64,000 bases of DNA from assembly GCF_006345805.1 (NCBI RefSeq), contig NC_042998.1, positions 80,042,001 to 80,106,000 of the forward strand, given 5' to 3'. Below are positions 1 through 12,469 of the stretch, one piece after another (positions within the stretch are counted from its first letter, which is position 1; each line of letters opens with the position of its first letter). Source of the stretch: Octopus sinensis. Taxonomy: Eukaryota. The notes beneath the pieces are model-generated. The model ran no database searches, was not told the DNA's origin, and saw only the letters and a program-made list of their open reading frames with translations. A program made the translations under genes and the position numbers.

Positions 1-513
1 ATATTCATGTGTTTCAGAGTGCATCTGATGGCTAGTACAGTCAATTTTATTAAAAATCCATAAGAATTTCAAGTGAGGTTCCATATTATGATGGTATTGT
101 ATGAACAGGAAATATCAAGTTATTTTTCATATTATAGCCAAATGCCATATTTCAGCATACAAGTATAGAGTGCTGAAGGTAATGATAGAAAGGAACAAAA
201 TGTAATTCAGAAATAAATAGATAAATAAATAAATAAATATATATATATAAATGGCGGTGCCCCAGCATGGCCACAGCTAGTGAGCTGAAACTAGATAAAA
301 AAAAAAAAAAAAAGACAAAAACAATATCTATAAAAATTCACAGAACAAATAGTGAAATAGTATTTCTGTATAGAAGCCACTATCTTCATGTAGGTATTTG
401 GATAAATCAGCTTGATACAGAGCCTATCCATCTCTGAACTATTACCCACAGAAGATGAATTCAATGTTTTTACTTACTTTTAGTCAGAACGGAAGGCCCA
501 TGAGCCTTTACAA

Positions 514-1106
514 CAGTAGTTCTCAACCATTTTTTATCTATGAACCCCTTTGATTACTATTTTCATCTTGTGGACCCCCATAACCATTTGATGTTTAACC
601 CTTTAGTGTTCAGAACACTCTGTTAAATGTAATACTTTTTCACTCAAATTGTTTTGAATTAATCATGCATTATCTTATTGCTTTGAGGTTTCAATGATGT
701 GATTACTTATTTTCAGAATGGCATTGTAGGTTAGGAGTGAGAGGCTAGATATCGCCAGTTTGAATATAAAACATGTAGAATATATTGGGCCGGATTTGGC
801 CGGTTTAAACACTAAAGGGTTAAAACTAGTTTTATAGTTAGTTATTTAAGAATTCCTCTATTGTTTTTTTCCACATTCACTTGTGTAGGTTTGCCATAAC
901 ACTCTCTGAGAAAACGTTTCCGTGGCCAGTGGAAACATGTTGAATTATACAAAATGTTAAAGAAACCTTGCTGTTCCCTGCAATAACTGCATCCAAAGCA
1001 AAATTTTTTTCATGGCCCTTTAAAATACTACTGTGGGCCTCTAATTTACTATTTTGTTTGCTTGGACCCCTAAAATTCTTATATGGACCCTAGTTGAGAA
1101 CCATTG
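514..1106. mobile_element. Non-autonomous hAT-like MITE, interrupted by a piggyBac-like MITE
   Basis: TIRs CAGTAGTTCTCAAC (514) and GTTGAGAACCATTG (ends 1106). The flanking 8-mers ctttacaa and ctttgcag match 6/8, consistent with a decayed 8-bp hAT TSD. Confidence 0.75.
599..819. mobile_element. piggyBac-like MITE (~220 bp), copy 1
   Basis: Ends CCCTTTAGTGTT...AACACTAAAGGG are perfect inverted repeats, flanked by TTAA at 595-598 and 820-823. Homologous copies lie at 25627 and 40759. Confidence 0.85.
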
Positions 1107-1634
1107 CTTTGCAGGGTCTCCAAGATTAGTGGGAGTGACAGAGGAAGGTACCCCCAAAAGGGGAGACCTAGCCTCAATGCCTGCAACGAAGTGGATGCTG
1201 TTAAATCACCTAAGGTACCAGATGATGGTGTTTTACTAGGTAATGGTTTAAGTTTGCTACCTAAAGCAGGCCACGGCAGGATATAAACTCAGTATGCAAA
1301 GAGTTAAAACTAATAGGGAAAATTATCTGGTCCAAATTCTTAGAGTTTACCATTCCACTGTCCAGGAGATTGTTATATTTAGCAATCTCAAACTGATGAA
1401 AGGCAAAGTTGACCTCAGCAGGATTTGAATTTAGAATATAGAAAGTTGGAACAAATACCTTAAAATAATCTATCCAACACTCTAATTGACTCGATCAGTT
1501 TGTTGCCTGCAAGCTGACAAACAACTTCCCAGTTTTACTGTGCAGTTGTTACAAAGTGCAATGACATGTTTCTTATCCTGTGATACTTATCAGTTATATG
1601 GACTGAATCATGTAGCTGATATTTATGAATTGAA

Positions 1635-1850
1635 AGGTGGCGAGCTGATAGAAATGTTAGCACGCCGGATGAAATGCTTAGCAGTATTTCATCTGTCTTT
1701 GCATTCTGATTTCAAATTCTGCCAAGGTTGATTTTGCCTTTCATCCTTTCAGGGTCGATAAATTAAGTACCAGTTGTGTACCGGGGTCAATCTAATTGAC
1801 TGGCCCTTTCCCCAAAAATTTTGGGCCTTGTGCCTAGAGTAGAAAAGAAT
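1635..1850 (+). mobile_element. SINE family B (tRNA-derived octopus SINE)
   Basis: Head ggtggcgagctgatagaa, B-box-like ttcaaattc, core gcctttcatcctttcagggtcgataaattaagtaccag and tail gggccttgtgcctagagtagaaaag. More than 20 homologous copies occur in the window. Confidence 0.85.
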
Positions 1851-2714
1851 ATTTATGAACTGAAAAAAAAAGAATATTTATGAATTGGAAAAAAAAAAAA
1901 ATAGTCCCAGCATATGAATTAGCCAACTTCTTAACTCGCTGCTCAATAATTCATTTAATTTATTCACTCAACCATCTATGTCACCTCTCACCATTTGTAC
2001 TACTGAATGCTTGAGGTTTATTATTTAGCATAAAGGGATGCAAATCGACACATTGTTTCATACCATTAATCACACACACACACACAATGTAACCAGTCTA
2101 AATGATGAACACCAAATATATAAATACTGGTGTAAGGTGGTGTGTCAAGTTACATCCCTTTCTACCAAATGGTAGAACTTAACTATTCAAAACAAACCAA
2201 TAAAATAAATACCATATTGAAAAAAGCTCTGAGGTAGAATTTCTTTCATGAAAGGAAACATTAGATAATGTAGTCCTTGATACACTACGTTTGAATAAAA
2301 AGGTAAAAGATCTTGGAATCAGCACTCCCAACAAGGCTTCAGTCCAATCACTAAAACCAATAAAGGAATAAAATTCAGACAAAACACTGTAGCTAATGGA
2401 CAGAAATTACATGAAGTCCCCAAGACCTCCATTATTTAGTCTTGACCATGTGTCTGCATCTAAAAGTTCTTTTCCAGGGCATGGGCATGGGCCAAGGATT
2501 TTCTGTCAGTAGAATATCAAGAGATACACATGAAGCATATTAGCCCTCTCCATGATGTTGATGTTGTCTAAGGGAAAGGCAGGAACCAATATGGTTTGGC
2601 ACCAGTGGTGTCATTGGAGGCCATTGCCTTCAGAAAGTATACAAATAATACATTTCATGAACCAGTAAGAGAACCTCTATGTAGTAATTAGACCTGTTAG
2701 AAATAGTAACCAGC

Positions 2715-3105
2715 AGGTATGACTGTGGGTTTAGGAAGCTGCTTTGGCAACCATGTGATTCACTCCTGTTGCATGACATCATGAGCAAGTGTCTTCTACT
2801 AAAGTCCCTACCCAGCAAGTTCTTTATGAGTGATTTTAGTGGACAAAAGCTGTTTGGAATCCCATCATGTGTGTGTGTGTGTGTGTGAGTGTGTAAATAT
2901 GTGTGGATGTCTTTGTTTGTTGCCTACCACTGCTTAACAACAAGTATTGGTTTGTTTATGTCCCTGTAACTTCTCCATCTGGCAAAAGAGTATGCACCAG
3001 TTTAAAAAAAAAAAAGTACTAGGAATGATTTGTTCAAGTAAAAACCCTTTCAAGGTGGTGCCCCAGCATGCTGACAGTTCAACAACAGAAACCAGTAAAA
3101 GATGC
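2715..3105 (+). mobile_element. SINE family A, diverged copy
   Basis: Contains gcaagtgtcttctact, an internal (GT)n and the tail ggtggtgccccagcatg...gaaaccagtaaaaga, all homologous to 37093-37507. Confidence 0.7.
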
Positions 3106-3179
3106 AAAATGCCTTCTTTAAAAGAAAAAAAAAAAAAACAAAGTCTGATTTAACATCAATAAAAGTTGTTCATATTTAC

Positions 3180-3320
3180 ATGTGAAATTTCTCCTGGATA
3201 TCCCGGAGCCTTTTATGGCAACTGTCATTTACCAACGTCATCTTTGGTTTTCTGGCGCTTTCATCTAAAGAAACAGGAATTTTCTTTCTTCTTCCACAAT
3301 ATTCTAACAGCTAGATATTT
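3180..3320 (-). CDS. Candidate exon of an unidentified minus-strand gene (ATG at 3241 gives MTLVNDSCHKRLRDIQEKFH...)
   Basis: Non-repetitive island with a polypyrimidine acceptor tttgttcctctttcag| at 3321 and a donor CAT|gtaaat at 3179. The frame is open from 3310 to the donor (LLEYCGRRKKIPVSLDESARKPKMTLVNDSCHKRLRDIQEKFH). No homologue recognised. Confidence 0.5.
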
Positions 3321-4320
3321 CTGAAAGAGGAACAAACATTCAACAATTAGAAATTAGATCAAAGAAATAAACAGAGAATTGATACAGAAATAAATCATAA
3401 CAAAATGTGTGTGTGTGTGTGTGCATTTAAATATGTATGTATGACTGTATGAATGTGAGCCAATGAGGAAGTCTCTATGCAGTGGTAGGAACTGTTAAAA
3501 ATAGCAGCCAAATAACTCTCATATCACTTACTGTCTTAAAAGAAGGGAAGGCACATTGGATACTGAGGTCCTACATACAATTTTTCTTTGATCATAGATC
3601 TGTATGATCAGAGTTAAGTTGGAGTTAAAAAACAATATATGTCTGTCTGCCTGCCTGCCTGCCTGCCTGTCTGTCTATCTATCTATCCATACATACATAC
3701 ATACATACATACACACACATTTGCTTGTACATGTAGTAAATCTTAGTTTATTCAAAGATGAGGCTTCACTGTCACTACTCTGCGCTTCCCATTTCTAATT
3801 GTTATGTTGACTACACACACAGTGGAAGAAAAAAGTGCTCAAAGCATGTCAAAGAAGGTATTCATTTGCTCAAAGCAATAAGCTTTTTTTGCCATTAGTT
3901 TGAGTTTCCTCACTTACTGCTCTATCTGATGACAGAGAGAATGCAAAATATGTATGCGTATGTATGTATGTATGTATGTATGTATGTATGTATGTATGTA
4001 TGTATGTATGTATATGTGTGTGTGTGTGTATGTATGTGTGACAAAGTGGAGGGGAATAAAAAGAGAGACAGAGTGAGAAAGAGAGAAAGAAACAGTGCTG
4101 AAATAAAAACATAAATCTGATGGTATGTTTATGTATTTCTTCCATTAAACAATGGAATTTAGAATGTATTCTTTTTAGTACAAGGCCAAGAAATGTTGAA
4201 TCATTAAATTGGTAGATGGACTTAAATTTAGAAGGGGTGGAAAGTGAGAGTATATGATGTTTATCCTTATCCTAAGGCCATAATCAATGGAATGAAGTGA
4301 AGCCATAAAATAAAACTCAC

Positions 4321-4700
4321 TTCACTGGAAATACATACTACTTTACAGAATAGTCTTTATGGAACTACAGTGTTTATTGATTTCTTTTAAAACTATGTAC
4401 ACGGTTGATATTTTTAAGAGACAACGTGTAGTCATTCACTTAAAAATTTAAGGATCTTGTAGTGAATCTCTCCTGATAAAGTGTGTGCCAACAATGTGAA
4501 ATTATGCTCATGAATATACTTGATGTTTGGATTAATTTAATTAAATTCTCATTAATAATTCAGTGATTACTATGCTGCTATATCAGCAAGCATGCCTAAT
4601 TGCTGGTAGCAATAATAATGGTCTATACAGCCAGCAGCCTTATAGTCTCAGATTGGTGACACACTCAAGCCAACAACCCCTTCTAAATATGTAACTTCAA
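4321..4700 (-). other. Candidate non-coding (alternative first) exon; 5' boundary unknown
   Basis: Consensus donor GAA|gtgagt at 4321/4320, next to ~400 bp of unique, repeat-free sequence. Confidence 0.25.
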
Positions 4701-5800
4701 GAGAACATGACTCCACAACAAACTTGAAGTATAAATCATTAAACACACAGAGTATTTATTCTACATTGAAAATATAATTTCATTACTTTCTAGCTCACTT
4801 TCCAACTCTACTGAAAGTATGTATTAGCTAGATTGTCACATCATACATGTATCTACGTGTGTGCATACACACACACACTCACACACATTCACACACACTC
4901 ATACATTACTCCATCATCTTCTTGTAGAATGCTACATTCCAGAATGTTTCACCATATTTCAAGTAACATTTCTTTCTTCCAAAACTGAAGCCCTTTTGTA
5001 TCAATAACTTTATTTTGACACTTGAGATTGCCACAGCTAATCTATTTTGCAAGTCGGCAAGTAGAGAATACATACTCCCATTCTGTATTTATAAAAATAG
5101 AACAATCTTTATCAATTTATTCACTATTTGTCTTTGGTTGAATCTACATCTTCTTCAGTCTAAAGAGCCACAGATCACTCAACTCCTGTTTGTAAAATGT
5201 GAAGTAGATGAAAAATGAATCTTAACCTCAGAGAGGACATAGGTCAATCTTGATAGAGCAGATCTATATTCAAAAGCATTTCAAGCTTGAACATCTAATC
5301 TTTTTCTTCAGGTATAATATATTTAGGACTACATTATCCAAAGTGTCCTTTTTTGCTTTTAAGATAGTGTTGTATGTGTGTGCGTCTCCTTGTCTTGGTA
5401 TCATGTGTCAATTGTAAATAAACATCACTATCAGACAAGCAGAATCATTTCTTTCCAACCTTCTGTGAAAACATGTTTGAACTTGGGGTGAAAACATTAC
5501 TTTGTTCGGAAACAAGTGAAGGTTGATGACAGGAAAAGCATCCAGCTACGGAAAATCTATTTCAACAAACTTCTAACATATGTAAGCATAGATAAGTAGA
5601 TATTAAAATGAAAAACACAGATGGGAAGTGGTGAAATCAAGGGAGATTAGTTGGATGTTTCTCTTAGGTCAAGGAACCACAAAGAGGTGCCATTATGGGC
5701 TCATCTATAGACATATTTTCTTTACAGACATCATTTCAAAGAAGTTTAAGATGAACACCAACTGCATCAACCTCATGGATAACAAGGAAACCCCTTATAC

Positions 5801-6054
5801 AAGTGTTTCAGAACTGGGGTCCACATAACCCTTGGGGTACATATCAGATTTTGTTGTTAAAATTTATGTGCAATAAATTGCTTGCACTTCTACAATACAT
5901 CTTTAAAATGCAATTCCTAATAATATTTAATTATAAAAATACAGCAAGATTGTTTTTTTTTATATACACTGAATGGCTATGGCGGTCCATTAGAGTAAAA
6001 CAGAAATGAAAGAGGGGGGGTGTCCAAAGACAAAATAATGGTTGAGAATTACTG
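5801..6054. mobile_element. hAT-like MITE
   Basis: Right TIR GGTTGAGAATTACTG; left TIR degenerate (aagtgtttcagaac). The 8-bp TSD ccttatac / ccttacac matches 7/8. Confidence 0.7.
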
Positions 6055-6369
6055 CCTTACACAGTAACTAAATATGCTAAAAATAGCTACCAAACCTTCA
6101 AATTACACTATACAGACATTTTAAAAAGGGTATATTTGTTGATGTAATCTTAGATACACTGCCAGAAAAAAGTCAGGATGAACAAGCCAGAAAGTCTTTG
6201 ACCATAGTTTTGCATAGTATAAATGGACAGGTCTAAAGAACATAACCTTAATATCTCTGGTAAAACCTGCAAAAGATATAGACAGTGCCTTCTCTTATTC
6301 AGCATTTCACCTCTATATGAAATATTAAAACATTCTTAGGATATAAATGTTGGCTATGTTGTTAGCATT

Positions 6370-6690
6370 AATACTGATGACAATGATGATGATGAAGAGA
6401 ATGATGATGATGATAATAATAAGCAAGATAATGATGATGAAGATGAGCATGATGATGATGAAGTATATGAAGATGATGACGATGAGAACGAAGATGATCA
6501 CTATGACGATGATGATGATGATGACAATGAGTTCGATAATGATGGTAACGATGAAAAGTACAATAAGGATGAGTATGAGGATGATGATCATGATGATGAT
6601 GATAATAATGAAAATGACAATAATGACAATGAGGATGATAATGAGCATGATGATGATGATGATGAGTAGGATGATGATGATAATGAGATA
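6370..6690. repeat. Imperfect (GAT)n trinucleotide microsatellite
   Basis: Read directly. It explains the poly-Met and poly-Ile ORFs. Confidence 0.95.
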
Positions 6691-6999
6691 TATACTTTGA
6701 TGGTGGTCATATTTACAAATGTCAAATCTGTGATATATTGACAAGAGGAATTGAATTTGGGGATGGTGATGGTGGTGGGTAGATGATTTTATTTTATGAA
6801 AAGTGGAAGATTGCAATTACTTGAGAAGCGATGGATAATATCTGTGTTGTTATTATCTAAGAACATGCCAAAAACGGTTTTCCGATGATTCCTACTCAGA
6901 TTTATGAAAACAAATCAATCTATCAATGAATCATTTCAAAATCAATAAATATGAAGTGGACAACTAACTCTGTATTACTTCACTAGAATTTTGTATCAT

Positions 7000-7213
7000 G
7001 TAGTAGTATTAGTGTTGGTGGTGGTAGTAGTAGTAGCAGCAGCAACAAGCAGTAGGAATGGTGTTGGTTGTGTTGGTGGTGGTAGTAGTGGTTGTGAAGG
7101 TGCTGGTAATAATGGTTGTGGTGGTAGCAGTAGAAATGGTGTTGGTTGTGATGATAGTGGTGTTGGTGGTAGTAGTGGTTGTGATGGTAGTAGTAGTAGT
7201 AGTAGTAGTAGTA
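7000..7213. repeat. (GGT/AGT)n low-complexity repeat with ~60-bp internal duplication
   Basis: gcagtag(g/a)aatggtgttggttgtg occurs twice, about 60 bp apart. The tract ends in (AGT)n. Confidence 0.9.
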
Positions 7214-8249
7214 GGCCATTTTGCTGATTGAGCAAGAAAAAATCTTTTTTTCAACTAAAATATTCCTAATATACAATATCTTGTAAAATCTAGGACAAAT
7301 TTCTAAATTGCAACCAAACCAGATCAAAATACAAGATAAGTAAGGGACTGGCTTTTCCATCAAGAGAGAGTGAGAGGCAAGGGGAGGAGATAGAGGAAGA
7401 GAGAGAGAGAGTGGTAGACATACATACTGATAAGGGAAAAAGGGAAAAGAATGAAAAGCTAGGATTCAAAGCCATATGTTAGAACCATGGAATATTCCAC
7501 GAAAAAAAATACATATTTCTTTTCTTCTCTAAGATTTCAAAAGTATCCATTAAAGAGCTACACACACGCACAAACACAAGTATGTACAAGTGTGTGTGTG
7601 TGCGTGTGTGTATGTGTGTATGTATGTATGTATACACACACACACACACACACACACACGAATTATGTATGTATATGTGCATATGTAGATAGATATACAT
7701 ACATACATGTGTGTATAAATGCTATCTACTCTACAGCTACTATGACACTGGCTTCTGGGAAACAGCTAGTTGCATACCACCTCCACTCAATACACTTATC
7801 TCTCCCCTTCTTGCCACTCCTACTATGACTCCCATGAACTATTACAGCCAAACCTTCCTTATGTCCCTAATGTCAATCTAATGGAATTCCCTCACTACCC
7901 ATGTTTTCCTGCGCATGTCAACTTGCAGATGTTCAAACTGAGCATTGCTTTCACCAACTTTACTGCGACCCTGTAAAGGCCATGGATCCTGTATGTGCTG
8001 ACCAACCTACAAGGCCAAAGAAGGTGCACTAGAAGAAAACAACTACAGAAGCATCAAACTGATGACCCATGTTACAGAAAGAGTTATGTCACAATTAGTT
8101 TTGATATGATGTGGTTCAGCTTTGTATCAGGAAGATATAATAATAATGCCATCTTCCCACAGATGCAACAGCAGAAGTATATAGGTAAGAGCAAATCCTG
8201 ATCCTTAACAGCCATTGACCTGCAGATTTCCTTTGACAAAGTTCATTCC

Positions 8250-9500
8250 TTTGTAGCCTGGTAGACAAAGAATCTAGTAGACGAATGATTTGTGAGGCCA
8301 TATAAGCCATCTACAGAAGTACAGTGACAGTGAGATCAATGATAGTATTTAGCATTCAAATAGAGTCCATTAGGGTTCAATTTTCAGCTGCCTCGTGTTT
8401 ATTATACTCTTCTAGGTTATAACAGAGGAGTTTAAAGGCCAGTTGTTCATGAGAATTCTTGTATGCTGATGACCTAGTTCTTATAACTGAGTCTACAGAA
8501 TATTTAGAGAAGAAATTTCAGACATGGAAGCAAAGCCCACAATTAAAAGGCCTCAAAATAAACTTAGCAAACATTAAACTTTTAATAAGAGGGAAAGAAG
8601 TCATTAGGGAAATGATTGTGTTCTGTATGCTGAAAAGAAGTAAGATAGAAATTCCATATAAATGTACCTATGGCTGCATGGGAAGTGTATTGGGATTACA
8701 TGCAGTGAAGGTTGATTTTATAAGTGGTAGATGCACAAGATTAGTTAGTAGTTGAAACATATGTGAATAAATTCCCTCAAATGCTCAGAAGACTCTAAGA
8801 AGTAGTTCAAAGCTTTTGTTCGTTTAGGTGGCCTAATTAGCAGTGGAGGAGAGTATTCCAAAAGCATGAAAGCCAGGGTGGAAAAAGTTCAGGGACTTAT
8901 TACTTCTGTAGGTGGCAAAGGTTTCTCTTTGCATATCAAATGCTTGTCAATTATATGGTTGTGTAGCGCAGCAAGCTGGCAGATTTGCTAGGGCAACAAG
9001 TTGGGCAAAACGCTTAGTGGCATGTCATCCGTCTTTACATTCTGAGTTCAAATTCCACCGAAGTCGACTTGCCTCTCATCCTTTCAGGGTCAATAAAATA
9101 AGTACCAGTTGAATACCGGAGTCAATGCAATTGGCCTGCCCTTCCCCTAAAGTTGCTGGCCTTGTGCCAAAATTTGAAAACAAATTATATGTTTGCATAT
9201 TAAGTGAAATGCTGCACAGTAGTGAAACTGGACCTCGAATGCAGAAGATTTCCAAAGACTATAAAGAAATGAATTGAGCATGTCTGCAAGGAGTGTAATG
9301 TTTGCATGCATGAATGATGACAGAGCACAAATGAATTGTAAGAAAAACTGGATAAAAGAGGTGTCAGATATGATATAGTGTGGAACAAAAGGCTACGCTA
9401 GTTTGGGCATGTGATGCATATAGAGAGTGACAGTTGCATAAAGAAGTACCAAGTACACAAAATAGGTGGAACCTGTGAAGAGGGAGATGTAGGAAGATGC
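8250..9500 (+). mobile_element. Decayed RTE-clade LINE, RT domain to 3' end, interrupted by a SINE-B
   Basis: Translates to LYADDLVLITES...EKKFQTWKQ..LKGLKINLAN. Upstream remnants match HQGS.LS.L.FII, and a downstream remnant matches RL.WFGHV. Many stops and frameshifts. Confidence 0.85.
8965..9182 (+). mobile_element. SINE family B inserted in the RTE LINE
   Basis: ttctgagttcaaattccacc...catcctttcagggtcaataaaataagtaccag...ggccttgtgccaaaatttgaaa. Confidence 0.85.
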
Positions 9501-9810
9501 GTGTGTGTGTGTGTGCATGTGCACATGTGACAGAAAGAGCAACAAGCCATAAAGAAATCTGCCTCACCAAATTTTCATCTGACCGATGCAAGTATGGAAA
9601 AGTGGTCATTAAAACTATGATGATGATAATGATGTGCGCATATGTGTCTGCATATAAAGGTTCTCTCTCTCTCTCTCTCTCATATATATACATTGCAGAC
9701 AGCTGTCGATATTCATTATATGTATGTATATATATATATATATATATATATAGACGTACATTTATATAAAATGAAAGAAAGAGAAAATGGAATTCACAAG
9801 ATTCTTTATT

Positions 9811-9918
9811 AATCACTACAATCGTTTTGACTCCTCTTGTATCAGTCCTTCACAGGTAAGGTTCTGCACAATTAGTTGTGGTGCATCATTCAGAGCAGAT
9901 ATACCTCATCAGGTGACT
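9811..9918 (-). ncRNA. Degenerate minimal hammerhead-ribozyme-like motif
   Basis: Minus strand reads tcac-CTGATGA-g...c-AAAA-C-gatt-GTA-gtga. Stem I is tcac/gtga, stem III is very short, and GAAA is mutated to AAAA. Confidence 0.4.
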
Positions 9919-10515
9919 TATCTAAAGGTACTTCATATCCACACTGTTGATGATATCAGGTAGCCAAATGCAGGGAACGTGCTTGAAACGGCATACTACC
10001 AGGTGTATACCCAAATTTAGAATTATATATATATATATATAAGTATAAGTGGAATTATTGAGTTAAAGAATACTGGAACCAGCCTCATAAAGAGGAAGAC
10101 TGGTTGTTGTAAAGGAAGTTACCTTAGCTTAGCTTCATTCTGTTTGATAAAACATATTTAGTAAAAGATAAGCAGAAAGCCCTTAAGCACCAGAACTGAG
10201 TTTTGCTTGAAATAAATATATGTATAGATCTAAGGTAATATGCAGTACTAGATGACTCGACTGCCAGTTTTCAGGTTCAAATATTAATCACATAGCCATC
10301 ATTTCCTGTTTACTATCATTCCTCATATTTATTTAAATCTCATCTCAACATAGCATCACTGCCACCACTGCTGTCTCCAGAACAGTCCAGTCAGGCTTAA
10401 CAATCATGCCCCTCACCACACCATCAACTCTGTTTTCTGAAACCTCCACACCACTCATCTCCTGCCGTATCTCAACAACACCTACAGTATATGCAGGGAA
10501 ATGTTATACGCTTAC

Positions 10516-10596
10516 TTTATCTTCCCCAAAAATATCAACACCATCAGGATCAACAATTTCAGAAGTGGGGGAGTAGTAGACCCTTTCAAAATTCAT
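10516..10596 (-). CDS. Candidate first coding exon, MNFERVYYSPTSEIVDPDGVDIFGEDK (27 aa, phase 0)
   Basis: ATG at 10596, 81 nt of complex non-repeat sequence with protein-like composition, ending at a consensus donor AAA|gtaagc. Confidence 0.4.
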
Positions 10597-11999
10597 GTCA
10601 AAAAAAGAAATGAAACAGAAATAATGAAATGAAAAACAGAAGCACGTACACACACACACACACACACAATGTACAAAATGCAACAACTTTACTATCCAGA
10701 GAAGTGTGAAAATAGTTACTTAAACAAATTACTGCTTACAATATGTTGATTCTCTACTTGTGGAATGGTTGGTTTGTCTACTATAAGACCATTCTTGCTT
10801 AATATTTCTCAAACCTGATCTATTGATAGAAACTTTAAAAAAGATATTTTATATCTATCTATATACACCATATATATCTATCTATATACACCATATATAT
10901 ATATAATATATATATATATATATGAGAGAGAGAGGCTGAGAGAAAGAAATGTTTTTGTGGCTGTTTGTTGCATTTGTTGATATTTTCTTTTATGTTTTTA
11001 TGAGTTTTCAGAGGGAAGAGATGGGGTGTTGCACATTTATTTATTGTTTGATTGTTATTTTAGTTTTGATAAAGAATGTTATTCAAAGGATATAGAGGGA
11101 GTGAAGGAAGTGGGTGGCTGATCAATTATGCCGAAATATGATGAATATATTATTAAAGCTGAAGTATTGGTTAGGTTCTTTCTTTCTTCTTCCATTTTCT
11201 GTCTTTCTTTCAATAAAGTTTTAGGCTCTGGCATTAAAAATTAAACCATAGCATTTTCCTAAATGAGAGATTTTCCATTCAACAACAGTGAAGTTATATA
11301 CCATTAACAGGATGGAAAATGTTATCCGTGAAGTTAAAATTAACCATTAGACAAAGGGAGAAAAGCTTTCGGAACAAAGGCACTTGTCAGAGTGAATTAC
11401 TGTTCAATGCACACACAATCTGTGGAATCTTCCAGTTGGAAACACAAGTAGATGTTGTTTTTAGTGCTTACTTTATGGAATTTCAGGAAGATTATTTAAT
11501 ATACTTATCCTAAAACTGAAAAGATTACTACGCCATCCCCCTGCCCTAGCTCACCTCATCTTGCACTTTCACATGCTGGTTGGCAGTCTATCCTGTCAGT
11601 TCTCCATCCTTCATTTTATGTTTCCACTTGCTGACTATGTCTTTCCTATAGCTTCAAGCTAATAATTTGATGTACTAATAGCCTATTTATCTTTCTCTCA
11701 ATCTTAACTATATTCTTTCATATTCACTACCTGTTTCTCCATCCATCTATCTGTCTGTCTTCTATATTCTGCTTTACATTTTCAACTTCTGGTTCAATAT
11801 TTTTACATCTACTTCAACTACATCCTTAAATGTAATGTCTACTAGTTTCTTTGTTCATCCATCTGTCTCCCATGTTCCATTTTAGATGAGCCAACTAGAG
11901 AGTCGATATGCAACAGCTTAGCTGCTAGAAATAGCAGTCAAGTTACTTTCTAACCATAACCTTCTGCCTTACGATGTGAAGGACACATTTGACAATAGG

Positions 12000-12330
12000 A
12001 TAAGGATAAAGACCTCCTTTGGTCATGAATGGCCATGGGATTGCACCTAGAAAGCTCCCCTCTGAGGCACAAGTCCAGGCAAGGTTGTTTATGGAAAACC
12101 AGCAGTCACCCATGCATAGCTCCCCTCTCCACACCACTGATGTTATTTCAGGGAAAGGCAAAAGCCGATACTGCTTGGCACCAGATGTTGCAACTCATTT
12201 CTACAGCTGAGTGAACTGGAGCAATGTGAAATAAAAAGAATACAAACACACAATCTTACCCAGGAATTGAACTCACTACTTCATGATTGTGAGCCTGACG
12301 CTCTAACCATTGAGCATGTACCTTCACATC
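12000..12330 (-). mobile_element. SINE family D (tRNA-derived)
   Basis: Reverse complement of the element at 60592-60925 (gagtgaactggagcaatgtgaaataaa, ggcaccagatgttgcaactcatttctacagc, gggattgcacctagaaag). Confidence 0.8.
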
Positions 12331-12469
12331 TTTGACAAATATAGTTATGGATATACTTTTGAGCCTGAACAATTGCAGTTATAGTACACTGTATGTTGTA
12401 CAAACCCAGCTGATGACTGTACTATCTGAGCATGAAACACATTGTAGCTCACATTTGATTTTTATGTTT

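Noticed and set aside
2179-2382. 67-aa minus-strand ORF near the candidate exon
   Set aside because: It overlaps a copy of the old dispersed repeat (gataatgtagtcct motif) and lacks good splice sites.
6325-7254. Long ORFs (poly-Ile, poly-Met, poly-Thr, Gly/Ser-rich)
   Set aside because: They are translations of (GAT)n and (GGT/AGT)n microsatellites, open in several frames and strands, with no splice or domain support.
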